Shown one piece after another: positions 1 through 10,719 of a stretch of 64,000 nucleotides of DNA. The DNA comes from Octopus sinensis (taxonomy: Eukaryota). A program made the position numbers and the translations under genes. Under the pieces are notes generated by a model that made no database searches, was not told where the DNA came from, and saw only the letters and a list, made by a program, of their open reading frames with translations. Where the stretch lies: positions 139,128,001 to 139,192,000 of the forward strand of contig NC_043000.1 in assembly GCF_006345805.1 (NCBI RefSeq). The letters run 5' to 3'. Every line of letters begins with the position of its first letter. The first letter of the stretch is position 1.

Positions 1-275
1 TCATGTGCCCGGTTACCCAGTTTCTGTGGCGTATGTGTTCCCTCCAGCTGGACGGGACGCCAGTCCATCGCAGCATTACTCAAGAAACCGGAAGAGAGAA
101 TGAGAGAAAGTTGTGGTGAAAGAGTACAACAGGGGTCGCCCCACCCTGCCGGAGCCTCGTGGTGCTTTAGGTGTTTTTGCTCAATAAACACACACAACGC
201 CCGGTCTGGGAATTGAAACTGCGATCCTCTGACTGTGAGTCCGCTGCCCAAACCACTTGGCCATTGCGCCTCCAC
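1..275 (-). mobile_element. tRNA-derived SINE, family A (tail type 1), cut by the window edge
   Basis: Minus strand begins GTGGAGGCGCAATGGCCAAGTGG (A box) ... GTTTCAATTCCCAGACCGGGCG (B box). Body matches copies at 12986, 38135, 40303, 45145, 56536 and 60281. Confidence 0.85.
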
Positions 276-482
276 AATGGGCATCTACACAGTCTCCATA
301 TTCAATCACAAGGCTTGGATCTATCAATGCCTAGGATGCTATGTCATGAGATCTATACAAATTTAGAATTATACTTATATATAAAGATTAAAAATGAAGC
401 AGTTAATTACAGTCCAATTAGTGTGATATATTCAAAATTTTATGGATAATTTTGAACAAATGAAGTGAGTTAATAGCTCGCA

Positions 483-1097
483 GAATGGCCTGCTGTGTTA
501 ACCTTGGATCGTAGGATGACCTGCTGTGCTTGAGGAGACCTATTGAGTCAAATACATCAACACCAAAATAAAAATCAAACGGAAATTGTAGTTGTGATAC
601 CTGTGCCGGTGGCATGTAAAAAGCACCATCCGAACGTGGCTGGTGCCAGTGCCACCTTGACTGGCTTCTGTGCCAGTGGCACATGACCTGCTGTGCTTGA
701 GGAGACCTATTGAGTCAAGTACATCAACATCAAAATAAATAACAAATGGAAATTGTAGTTGTGATACCCTTGCCAGTGGCACGTAAAAAGCATCATCCGA
801 ATGTGACCAATGCAAGCACCGCCTGACTGGCATCTGTGTCGGTGACATGTAAAATGCACCAACCAATTGCGGCCATTTGCCAGCCCCCTCTGGCCCTGTG
901 CTGGTGGCATGTAAAAAGCATCCACTACACTCACAGAGTGGTTAGCGTTAGGAAGGGCATCCAGCTGTAGAAACACTGCCAGATCAGACTGGAGCCTGGC
1001 ACAGCCTCCTGGCTTCCCAGACCCCGGTCAAACCATCCAACCCATGATAGCATGGAAAAACGGACGTTAAATGATGATGATTATGACGATGATGACT
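483..1097 (+). mobile_element. Family D: modular RTE-LINE 3'-end element with an internal ~165-bp tandem duplication and (GAT)n tail
   Basis: GACCTGCTGTGCTTGAGGAGACC... occurs at ~518 and ~686. Repeated GGCA(C/T)GTAAAAAGCAC modules, terminal AGGAAGGGCATCCAGCTGTAGAAAC...GGACGTTAAATGATGATGAT. Confidence 0.75.
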
Positions 1098-1299
1098 TGA
1101 GTCAACTTTTGTGGGGCTAATACAGAGTTAGTAAATTTTTACATAGGATCCTGAAATAAGAAATATGGTTGTTCAGGTGTAAAGAGGCTCAATCATATTC
1201 TGAATATTGAGCTTGGAATTAATCTATTGATTTTATAAATTAACCTTGCTCACTGTGTTTCAATCAGATTTCCACTAGGTGTTTGTAAATCAAGATCAA

Positions 1300-1915
1300 T
1301 AATGAAGAGATCGAAATGGTTGATGATTTCATCTTCCTTGGCTCAAAATAAATCGAGATGATAACTGCACTCCAGAAATAAGGTGGCGGATAATACTAGG
1401 CAGAGAGGTAATGGTCAGCATGAGCAAGGTGTGGAAGAGTAGAGACATTAGACTCGCTACCAAATGCAGATTGATAAATGCAACTGTCTTCCCAATAGCA
1501 ACATATGGATGCAAGACCTGGACACTAAAGAAAGCTGACCAGAAGAGAATTAATGCATTCGAGCTTTGGTGTTGTAGAAAACTTTTACGGATTCCATGGA
1601 CAGCGAGGTTCACCAATGGAGAAGTTCTTAACCAGATCAAGCCGAAACAGTCGCTAGAAGCTAAGATCACCAAGCATAGATTGGCATATTTCGGTCATAT
1701 TATGCAGAGTAAATCCCTGGAGAAGGACATCAAGCTCGGAATGGTCAGTGGCAAGAGAGGAAGAGGCCGACCAAGAACCCGCTGGCATGACACCATGAAG
1801 AGTGACACAGGAATGGACATAGACAATCTGAAAGAAGTATCCCAGGATAGAACTGGCTGGAGGACACTGATCCATCAAGTAACTGAGAGTCGACTTCGAC
1901 TGAGTGGATAGATAG
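1300..1915 (+). mobile_element. 5'-truncated RTE/BovB-like LINE, C-terminal part of RT ORF
   Basis: ORF 1411-1911 contains VFPIATYGCKTWTLKK, INAFELWCCRKLLRIPWT, YFGHIM and KRGRGRPRTRW, typical of RTE-clade ORF2 ends. Upstream reads EMVDDFIFLGSK. Confidence 0.9.
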
Positions 1916-2295
1916 TTTGTGACAGAGATGAAACTAATCGAAGGTACAATGTGTTTCTACTTAATGTAACTTCTTGTTTTATTGAGGAGCAGCACATATC
2001 TTTTTGTGAGTCTGAATTTCAACTCACGTATGAATTAATAGGCCACTTCTTTAAACTTAACCATTTTAATATGTATATCTTTTGAAAACAGAAAAGAAAT
2101 TGCTATTTGTGGACTTTTACGAGATTAAAAATTCATATTTGAATCTAGTTTTGAGATTTTCTTTTTGCATTACACACAAAAATGCATATCATTTTATTAT
2201 TTTTCTCAAAATATTGTCAGTATTTAGGATAAAATATTTCAAATATACGTTCCTAAAAGGACAATGATGTACAAAATATTTTAAAGTGGCCTTTA

Positions 2296-2617
2296 TTGGA
2301 AGGATAGAATTAAAACAGCTTCGTATTATTGTTTCTTTATAAATGCACAGATGTTCAATTTAAATAAGATATATATTCTAAATAGGGAGCACAATCTAAA
2401 TAAAGGACTTAATAGTAGTTAAAGGTAGAAGATTTAATATTTATATATTTATCTTATAATATGTAAAAGCCTAACAGTTCTCCAAAGGCCATGATCTAAC
2501 CTTCTATTTAGAAGTGTGAAATATACCTATAAAGAAAAAGTAAATAAAAAGACTAAAAGAACGCTATGTTAGAATAGAAAATATTGTAGAATTATATATA
2601 TGAAACACAGGATGGAT
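2296..2617 (+). repeat. 322-bp direct repeat, copy 1 (copy 2 at 4822-5143)
   Basis: Ungapped alignment by eye, about 19 substitutions (~94% identity). Confidence 0.9.
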
Positions 2618-2799
2618 AAAGTTTCAGTTTAAATCTTCACAAAAATATTTTTATAGAAAATAGCTGATTGAATGTATGATAAGAAGATTACTTAAATTAG
2701 CTATTTTCAGTTGAACATCATGGAATGGTCAGCTGCAAATTTAAAATGAAATGTGTTAATATTTCCAAAGTATCAATAGCACACACTTCTGTACATACT

Positions 2800-3050
2800 G
2801 CAGTATGCATGTGCATGTAGTGTATGCATATATGTATGTATGTATGTACATATATATCTATGTGTATTTATATATGTGTGTGTATTTATATATGTGTGTG
2901 TGTATGTGTGTGTGCCTGTGCCTGTGTCTGTGTGTGTGTGTATCTATATATTTATGCATATAGTGTGTAGGTTTATATACTATATGCATAAATGTATAGA
3001 TACACACATGCACACACATACACACACACAAACACACACACATACACAGC
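2800..3050. repeat. Compound (TATG)/(TG)/(CA) microsatellite
   Basis: Direct reading. Confidence 0.9.
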
Positions 3051-3619
3051 AGGGCTAATTCAAAAGTGATTAGTAGTAAAAATATTGAACTTAAACATGC
3101 TATTAAGGAATTACTTCATGATTTATTATGTAAAATATGTGAAGAAGAATAAAAAAAGTATTTCTTGAGGAATTTACAAGCAGGTCAATTTATAATCGAT
3201 TAGGAATTTGGTACCTTGGAAAAATTGATAATCATTTAAATTTGGGTAAAACTATAATTTAGTTTGTAGGGACTAAATCAATATATGTACATTTATCACT
3301 TGTATTGATTAGACTGAAAAACACAGTGAATATGAAAAGGAAGACTTTTCACACACACACATGTATACACATGCACATTACATATTTGTGTATATATATA
3401 TATGTGTGTGTGTGTGCAAGTGTATGTATATACATTTGTGTAATTGTATGTATACCAGGTTGAGTTAAATTTTTTTTCAAATTTTCACTGATGATTTTTA
3501 GCGACTTACATTTTCCTGTAATATCATTAATTTGATACAACTGTTGCTGAATTTTTATATTTATTATTCTTATATATAATATATAAACGTTAACTATTTC
3601 TTTATTTTTTAGCTTTGGT

Positions 3620-3822
3620 AATAAGTAGTGAAAAATTGCAATTAGCTCCATTTTACACTACCTGTGATAAAAAAAGGACTGCCTGCAAGAGCAATGGCAA
3701 AAGAAACTAATGATGTGGAATGCCCAGGAACTGTCAATGAATGTGTAGCACAAGGAAAGTGAGAAGCCAAGGTCAGGAAGATCTGTTCTGGAAGAGGAGG
3801 CCTTGCTTGAAATGTTTGACCA
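3620..3822 (+). mobile_element. Possible decayed mariner transposase N-terminal (HTH) fragment
   Basis: KGLPARAMAKETNDVECPGTVNECVAQ resembles the mariner pattern AAETARNINxVFGxGTVNERTVQRW; contains stops. Confidence 0.35.
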
Positions 3823-3824
3823 AC

Positions 3825-4244
3825 AGGCACAAGAGTGGCTGTGTGGTAAGTAGCTTGCTTATGAACCACATGGTTCCGGGTTCAGTCCCACTGCATGGTA
3901 CCTTGGGCAAGTGTCTTCTGCTATAGCCTCGGGCTGACGAAAGCCTTGTGAGTGGATTTGGTAGAAGGAAACTGAAAGAAGCCTGTCGTATATATGTATG
4001 CGTATATATATGTATGTGTGTGTATATGTTAGTGTGTCTGTGTTTGTCCCCCCCAACATCGCTTGACATCCGATGCTGGTGTGTTTACGTCCTGGTAATT
4101 TAGTGGTTCAGCAAAAGTGACTGATAGAATAAGTAATAGGCAAAGAATAAGCCCTGGGGTCGATTTGCTCAACTAAAGGCGGTGCTCCAGCATGGCCACA
4201 GTCAAATGACTGAAACAAGAAAAAGTGTAAAAAAATAAAAGAGT
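3825..4244 (+). mobile_element. tRNA-derived SINE, family B (CORE-like motif, internal microsatellite)
   Basis: Head GAGTGGCTGTGTGGTAAG...GGTTCAGTCCC, CCTTGGGCAAGTG motif, internal (TA/TG)n, tail GACTGAAACAAG-(AAAAGAGT)n. About 11 near-complete copies in the window. Confidence 0.9.
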
Positions 4245-4821
4245 AATAACCAAGCACTTATACATTGTCAGTAGAACTTGGTCCTTCACCAATCACCATC
4301 AGTTGTCACCTCTATAAGCTCAGTCTTGTGGTATAAGCATGGAATTGAACTTCTGGTAAAATGATGATAACCAGCAATAGAATATAATGGGATATGCTTT
4401 GATGAATAAATGCTTTTTGTAATTTGTTTAAACTATTAATGCAAAAAGATTTTTGACTCATCCTATATATTGATATTTGCTTTTGTGTAATGTTATGTAC
4501 AAAACTATCAAATATTTAGTCAAGATAAACTCAATGCTTATAAGTTAAATTTTACAAGGACAAGTGTGAAAATTACTTTTAAGTTGCCATTCAGTTACGT
4601 CAGAGTGGCAAATTTATTTCATACAAAACTTCAGATTGACTGTTGAACTTTTCCTTATTGAAATAATATATATGATTTTAAAAATGGCCCTCTTGCCTAA
4701 AGCTGTAAATTGTGTTGGTGTTTGCTGAAATGTGTAATTTTTTTATAAGTGCATGTAGTTATATATTTAGTCTCTATTTATAATAGCATTTTATATACAT
4801 TTTCTTTATTTTTGTCATTTT

Positions 4822-5142
4822 TTGGAAAGATAGAATTAAAACAGCTTCATATTTTTGTTTCATTATAAATGCACAGATGTTCAATTTAAACAAGATATAT
4901 AATCTAAATAAGGAGTACAATCTAAATAAAGACCTTAATAGTAGTTAAAGGTAGAAGATTTAATATTTATATATTTATCTTATAATTTGTAAAATCCTAG
5001 CAGTTCTCCAAAGGCCATCATCTAACCTTCTATTTAGAAGTGTGAAACGTACCTATAAAGAAAAAGTAAATGAAAAGACTAAAAGAACACCATGTTAGAA
5101 TAGAAAATATTGTAGAATTATATATATGAAACACAGGATGGA

Positions 5143-5143
<1 letters not shown>
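4822..5143 (+). repeat. 322-bp direct repeat, copy 2
   Basis: Matches 2296-2617; followed by a (TA)n tract. Confidence 0.9.
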
Positions 5144-5172
<29 letters not shown>

Positions 5173-5178
<6 letters not shown>

Positions 5179-5290
5179 TAAGGGCACAAGGCAGTGACCT
5201 GGCAGAATCGTTATCAGTGAAAAATACGCTTAGGGTATACATGCAGACATGTGCATACATGCAGACATATGCAAATTTACGTATGCAAAT

Positions 5291-5342
<52 letters not shown>

Positions 5343-5435
5343 CCTAAGCGTATATATATATATATATGTATACCCTAAGCGTATTTTTCACTGATAACAA
5401 TTCTGCCAGGTCACTGCCTTGTGCCCTTAGCATAT
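5173..5435. mobile_element. Fold-back/MITE-like element with 70-bp inverted arms
   Basis: 5173-5242 is the reverse complement of 5366-5435 with 1 mismatch. (TA)n-rich spacer; TA at both ends. Confidence 0.8.
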
Positions 5436-6334
5436 TGACAGACAAAAGCGTGCATCTCTTCCTCAAATATTATCAACTTCTAATCACCATTAATAAAAGA
5501 AATTTTACGTCGACAGATATTTTAGATGAAACTCTAACCAAGTTTTGCACTTGAACACCTCGAATTGCAAACTATATATATATATAGAAACGCTCCGACT
5601 GCCAAAAGCATATTAATAATAATTTATTAAAAAATACTTCAGTTAAATTGTTTAAACTTTCATTGAGCAAACAAATATTTAGTGATTATTCAAAACATTA
5701 CAATGTCATCCTAACTAGAAATGTCCTTAATTAGAATTTATCATATACTGGAGAAATTATATGCATAACCACAAAAAGAAACAGAAAAAAATACAATATT
5801 TAGTATAATCCACTATTCAACTTAAATGTAAATACTCCTACAGCTAACTTTGTTTTTACTTAAGAAACCATATTCTTTGCAATGTAAGCTTTGAAGTATC
5901 TTTAAGAAAAATCAACTCTAAATTTATTTGTTATTCTGTCACTCCTAATGTTGCCCATATCTAGGCTTTTTTCAGTCTAGCAACCTAAACCAAAGTAGCT
6001 CTAAGTCAATCAGATACTTGTCCCTGAAATTCCAAATGCTTTGTCAAATACATAAAACACAAATGTAATGTACAAGATCATAAGTATTCTATGACATTTA
6101 GTGGACTGGCAATACATTTAAGCTACCATTTAAACCACACTTACATTCTTTCAAAACCACATAAAAAGTACAGTCAGTTCTCTCTCCACATTCATATGAA
6201 ATCTGGAAAATCCATTTCAAAGATAAATATTTTAAGGTAATAAAGGGATGTGTAGCATGTACGACCAAAGCTAGGTAATTCTCTTAGTAAACATCCCTGC
6301 TCAAAATAGATACTCAGAAAGAATTGCTACTTAC

Positions 6335-6469
6335 ACACTTAGTATGAATTTGGTTGTAATGTAGATATATTGTCATTTTATCTCTTGGACAGTATGTAAT
6401 ACCATTTCTTAGCCTGCTCTTTGGTAATTGCTGGTCACTCTGTTTTATTGTAGTAACTGATTTTCTACC
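6335..6469 (-). CDS. Candidate isolated internal exon (135 nt, open frame GRKSVTTIKQSDQQLPKSRLRNGITYCPRDKMTIYLHYNQIHTKC); product unknown
   Basis: Minus strand TTCTTTTCAGTTTGCAG| acceptor and |GTAAGT donor; length divisible by 3, one open frame; no recognised homology. Confidence 0.25.
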
Positions 6470-6589
6470 CTGCAAACTGAAAAGAACATTACATCTGGCT
6501 TCAGAAGTCTAAATTAGCCTCCAAACTGGATAAGTTCATTATAATTTTCTTTAAAATTATCCTTTAATCATTAGAGTCAATTCTTATTT

Positions 6590-6878
6590 ATGACTTCATT
6601 GGTTAGAGTAGCACCTGAAGTATGAAAGGTAGGAGAGTCCAGTTTGCTGGACATTGTTGTAGAGCTGAAAAAGAGGTAATTTCTACTCTCCTCCTCTGGA
6701 AGCCATCTACTCGCAATGCCAGAGGGCGCACACTCTCCTACCCTAATGTAATCTCCAGGGATACAGGCATCCAGCAACAGGACCTCCGTAATGCCATGAT
6801 GGACCGTGAAGTCTGGCGTAGCATGGTAAATTCCATTGTCTCAACCACGGTCGAACACTGATGATGATGATGATGAAG
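6590..6878 (+). mobile_element. RTE-type LINE 3' end with (GAT)n tail
   Basis: ORF 6622-6861 (RRVQFAGHC...DLRNAMMDREVWR) followed directly by TGATGATGATGATG. Confidence 0.8.
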
Positions 6879-7399
6879 TATGAGAATTGTCTAATCTGTA
6901 ATTTCAAGGAGCTAATACTCCACCAGACAGGTATTTCACACTTCAAAAGTTGTTGACAAACAAATTCCTTTTCAGCTACCTTTTATGATAAATGGTGAGA
7001 TGACACGTACACAGAACTCCCATAAACTCACTTCTATCATGAATTGATACAGCATTAACATCTGATGTTACAAGCAGAGACTTAATTTTTAAGAGAAATA
7101 AAGGGTGTGTTCTTAAGCATTGTTTCACTATGTGTCCATGCTTCCTCTACCATGTACCTTATTGATCAATCAACAATGCGGTTATTACTCAGAAAATCTA
7201 AATTTGCATTTTTTACCTTTCAAAATCTTCGTTATATATCCATATATCTAACTACTTTTATTGTATTTATATTACATTTCATTTTTAAACAGATTTTCTT
7301 TTATAATTACAGTAATCTACATGTATGCTAATTTTAATACAGATTTTACATACATTGCACATGTATTTGTATGTGTGTGTGTATGTGGTAAGAAGTATT

Positions 7400-8290
7400 C
7401 TGACAATTGAGCGGCTGAGGGAATGGTACATTGCCACAAACAACACAGATGATTGTCCATGCAGTGGCCGACTGAGGGTTACAACAGCACATTAAGATTG
7501 TCACCTGTACAGCACTTGCAGGACCAATTCAGGAAGGCAACAGAATCAGCTAGGCAGACCATAGGGATTCATCACAGACCCATTTGTGCAGAGACAGTTT
7601 GTCACTGGCTGAGATCTTTTGATCTGTCTTGTTGACGTCCAGCTAGGAGTCCTATCTTCACCGATCATCATCAATAGGCACATCTGTAGTTATTTCAAAG
7701 TGTCAGATCTGTGGATATTAACAGTGGAGGACTGTAGTCTTCTCTGAATGCAGAGCTAGGGTTTGGAGAAGAAGGGGTGAATGTCATGCCAATGGCTGCA
7801 TGGTGGAGACAGACTCATGGGAAGGACAGAGCATCATGGTATGGGGCAGGATTGCATTCAACCAGGATGTTGGACTGGTGGTCATCTAAAACATCGACCA
7901 AGGCCGGAGCTATGGAGTAACCACTGCTTGCTACATCAACTGAGTGTTGAGGCCTCACATTGTGTTATACTTTGCCCATCATAGGAATCATGTGTTCCAA
8001 CATGACAATGCCCGTGTCCATACTGCCTGGTTGACAACAGACTTCGTCCAACAGCACAACATCCTGACATTGCCATGGCCTACCCTAAGTCCGAACTTGA
8101 ATGCCATAGAGCACCTGTGGGACGAAATCCAAAGAAGGCTAAATAACATCTGTCCAAGGCCAACAACTGCGGCGCAACTCTCTGCAAGTTTTAACAGATT
8201 GTGGGCTGCTATCCACATGGTCTTCATTAATCATTTGGTGCATTTAATGAACAGAAGAAGCCTGGTGGTGGTCACATAGAATATTGAGTT
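7400..8290 (+). mobile_element. Decayed Tc1-like (DD34E) transposase
   Basis: Frames read DDCPCSGRLRVTT, VFQHDNARVHTA and WPTLSPNLNAIEHLWDEI; frameshifted, no TIR identified. Confidence 0.85.
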
Positions 8291-8540
8291 CATCTCCTTA
8301 GATCCAGGACACTCTGTCATCATGTGACACCATGTGACATCAAACATGTTTCAGGAAATTACGTTTTATCATTAGGTAAAAATAGTTTCTTAATTAAAAC
8401 CCTTTAATCAATGCTATGGCAGTCTTTATGAACTGGTTTCTATTTAGCATGTTTGTGACAGTTCTTTGTGGTTCAGTTTATATATATATTTATGCATATA
8501 CGTAGACCTATACATGCACACATGCTCTCACATATATAGA

Positions 8541-8700
8541 CATTGTGGTATGGTTAAGAAGCTTACATGTCAACCATGTGGTTTCCGGTTCAGTCCCAGT
8601 ATAACACGTTGAACAAGTGACTTCTACCATAGCTCTAAACTGAACAATGCCTTGTATACCTTATGAGGGAATTTTGTAGAAAGAAATTGTGTGGAAACCT
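8541..8700 (+). mobile_element. Diverged SINE-B 5' fragment
   Basis: GTGGTATGGTTAAGAAGC...GGTTTCCGGTTCAGTCCC...GAACAAGTGACTTCTAC resembles the SINE-B head. Confidence 0.6.
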
Positions 8701-8745
8701 GTTTTATACATGTATGTGTATGCTTCCTTGTGATGGTACTTGTCC

Positions 8746-8749
<4 letters not shown>

Positions 8750-8783
<34 letters not shown>

Positions 8784-8846
8784 ACACACATACAAACACA
8801 TATATACAAACATATATATGCACACACACATACACCTCCCTCATAC

Positions 8847-8882
<36 letters not shown>

Positions 8883-8897
8883 GTATATTTATATCTC

Positions 8898-8963
<66 letters not shown>

Positions 8964-8973
8964 AATATATATA

Positions 8974-9032
<59 letters not shown>

Positions 9033-9040
9033 TATATATA
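8750..9040. repeat. Compound microsatellite (CA)n-(TATG)n-(TATC)n-(TA)n
   Basis: Direct reading; explains ORFs 8663, 8691 and 8740. Confidence 0.95.
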
Positions 9041-9110
9041 CTGGAGTAAACACATAAATGTGAAACAAGTTGGAAAAAGAGTACTCAAATACCAGGGGTA
9101 GAGTAATATG

Positions 9111-9188
9111 CTTTATTTAAAAGCAGCAGAAATTCAACAAAACCTGTTACTCAGAGTTTTGTTGAATTTCTGCTGCTTTTAAATAAAG
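9111..9188. repeat. Perfect 33-bp inverted repeat with 12-nt loop
   Basis: CTTTATTTAAAAGCAGCAGAAATTCAACAAAAC (9111-9143) and its exact reverse complement (9156-9188). Confidence 0.95.
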
Positions 9189-10109
9189 TATATATATATA
9201 TATACACACACACACATATATACATACACACATACATACATAATTGCTATTTTAGTGAACTTAAATATGTACCTGTAGAAGTAGAAATTGTAATAACAGC
9301 AAAGTGCTAAGTTGTCTCAAGTCAGGTTCTCAGCCAAAAATTTAACCAAAATTGAGCCAAAATTGCAATATTTGTTCTGATAAAGAAGAAAGTTTACAGC
9401 AGATTCTTTGTTTATGGCTGTTAAATAATCAAAAGTCTACTTAGCATAAATGAGTGTCCAAATTTGGATTTTCTCCAGAGTTCTGCCACATGATGCTAAG
9501 TAGCCTGAAAGAAGAGAAAGTATGTAAGGTAGTGTAAGGGGGTGTGTAATTTCCTTAGGGAATATTAAAATAAAAAAATCAAACTAAAAGGTAAAAGGTG
9601 TGGGTGGAGGGGAGGGTGGGGGAAATATGAATATGCAAAGCTTTTGAAACAAACCAACAAATCTGTATCTGATTGGAATGATACCAACGATAATGGAGAC
9701 GTATTGAATTGCTACGGCCAAATTCTGCAATATTGACCAAAATACTGAAGATAATGAAAATAAGACATTAAAATCGAAGTAGTGTTCTACAGTACAGTTG
9801 CAGTGTTTATGGAATTTAAAATTAAAGAAACACATTTATTCTTCAGGTTTGGGCTAATATTTACTCTTCAATCTCTTGTTCAATGAATATATATATTTAA
9901 TGAATACTAATCGTCTGCATATTTCTCCGAATTTAACATTAAATTTGTATGAAATATTTTGAGAACTGGATGTTCCGTCATGTCATATTGTAAAAGATTT
10001 CAAGCTTGTTTCGTCCAAGTAGACTGTAATAAAAAGAAATATTTACTGAAATACATATATATGACAGTTTTACAACAACCAGCCATATATTAATTTCTAA
10101 TTAACAGAG

Positions 10110-10440
10110 ATACAACTATGACAAGTGTTAGAAGTTAAACTTTCATTCCACTTAAAGACATTAATTTTAATCTCTTTAATGTAAGTGTAATGAGAAAGGT
10201 GATTTGTTTGTACACTTGTACACAGCCTACAAGTAATCGTACATTCAAAATTGTAGCTGGTTCTTTTTTTTGGTTCCATATCAAAAAGATCTGTATCAAC
10301 TTTGTCAAACCCTTCTCTTTCCCACTTTTCAATAATGATGATTCTACATGCAGAACTTCCATGAAGAATTTCTTGCTGCTAACTTTGCCGTCAACTCTAA
10401 TAACATGATGCAAATCTTCCCCATACCACCACAGCATACT
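10110..10440 (-). mobile_element. Possible CR1/L2-like LINE RT C-terminal remnant
   Basis: Frames give EYAVVVW, EILHG, GFDKVDTDLF...RTSY and FKWN, loosely matching CR1/L2 C-terminal motifs; stops present. Confidence 0.35.
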
Positions 10441-10447
10441 CATATAT

Positions 10448-10708
10448 AAAATAAAAATAAATGTGCCCTTTTAAAGCCTAACCAGGCTCATGGGTCCGGT
10501 TTCCCGAGTTCAATGGTGTATGTGTTACCCAGCAGGATGGGACGCAAGTCCATCACAGCGTTACTCATTTTTGCCAGCTGAGTGGACTGGAGCAACATGG
10601 AATGAAGTGTTTTGCTCAAGAACACAATGCGTTGCCCGGTCCAGGAATCAAACCACAATCTTACGATCATGGTGCTGACACCCTAACCACTAAGCCATGT
10701 GCCTCCAC
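10448..10708 (-). mobile_element. tRNA-derived SINE, variant A' (different head/body, family A tail type 1)
   Basis: Minus head GTGGAGGCACATGGCTTAGTGG...GGTTTGATTCC; 3' part resembles the tails of copies at 1, 40303 and 56536. Confidence 0.75.
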
Positions 10709-10719
10709 ATATTCATATG

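Noticed and set aside
900-980. Possible HDV-like ribozyme in the family D terminal block, since RTE elements can carry them
   Set aside because: I could not build the nested double pseudoknot by eye, and the block is at the 3' end rather than the 5' end; needs a descriptor search.
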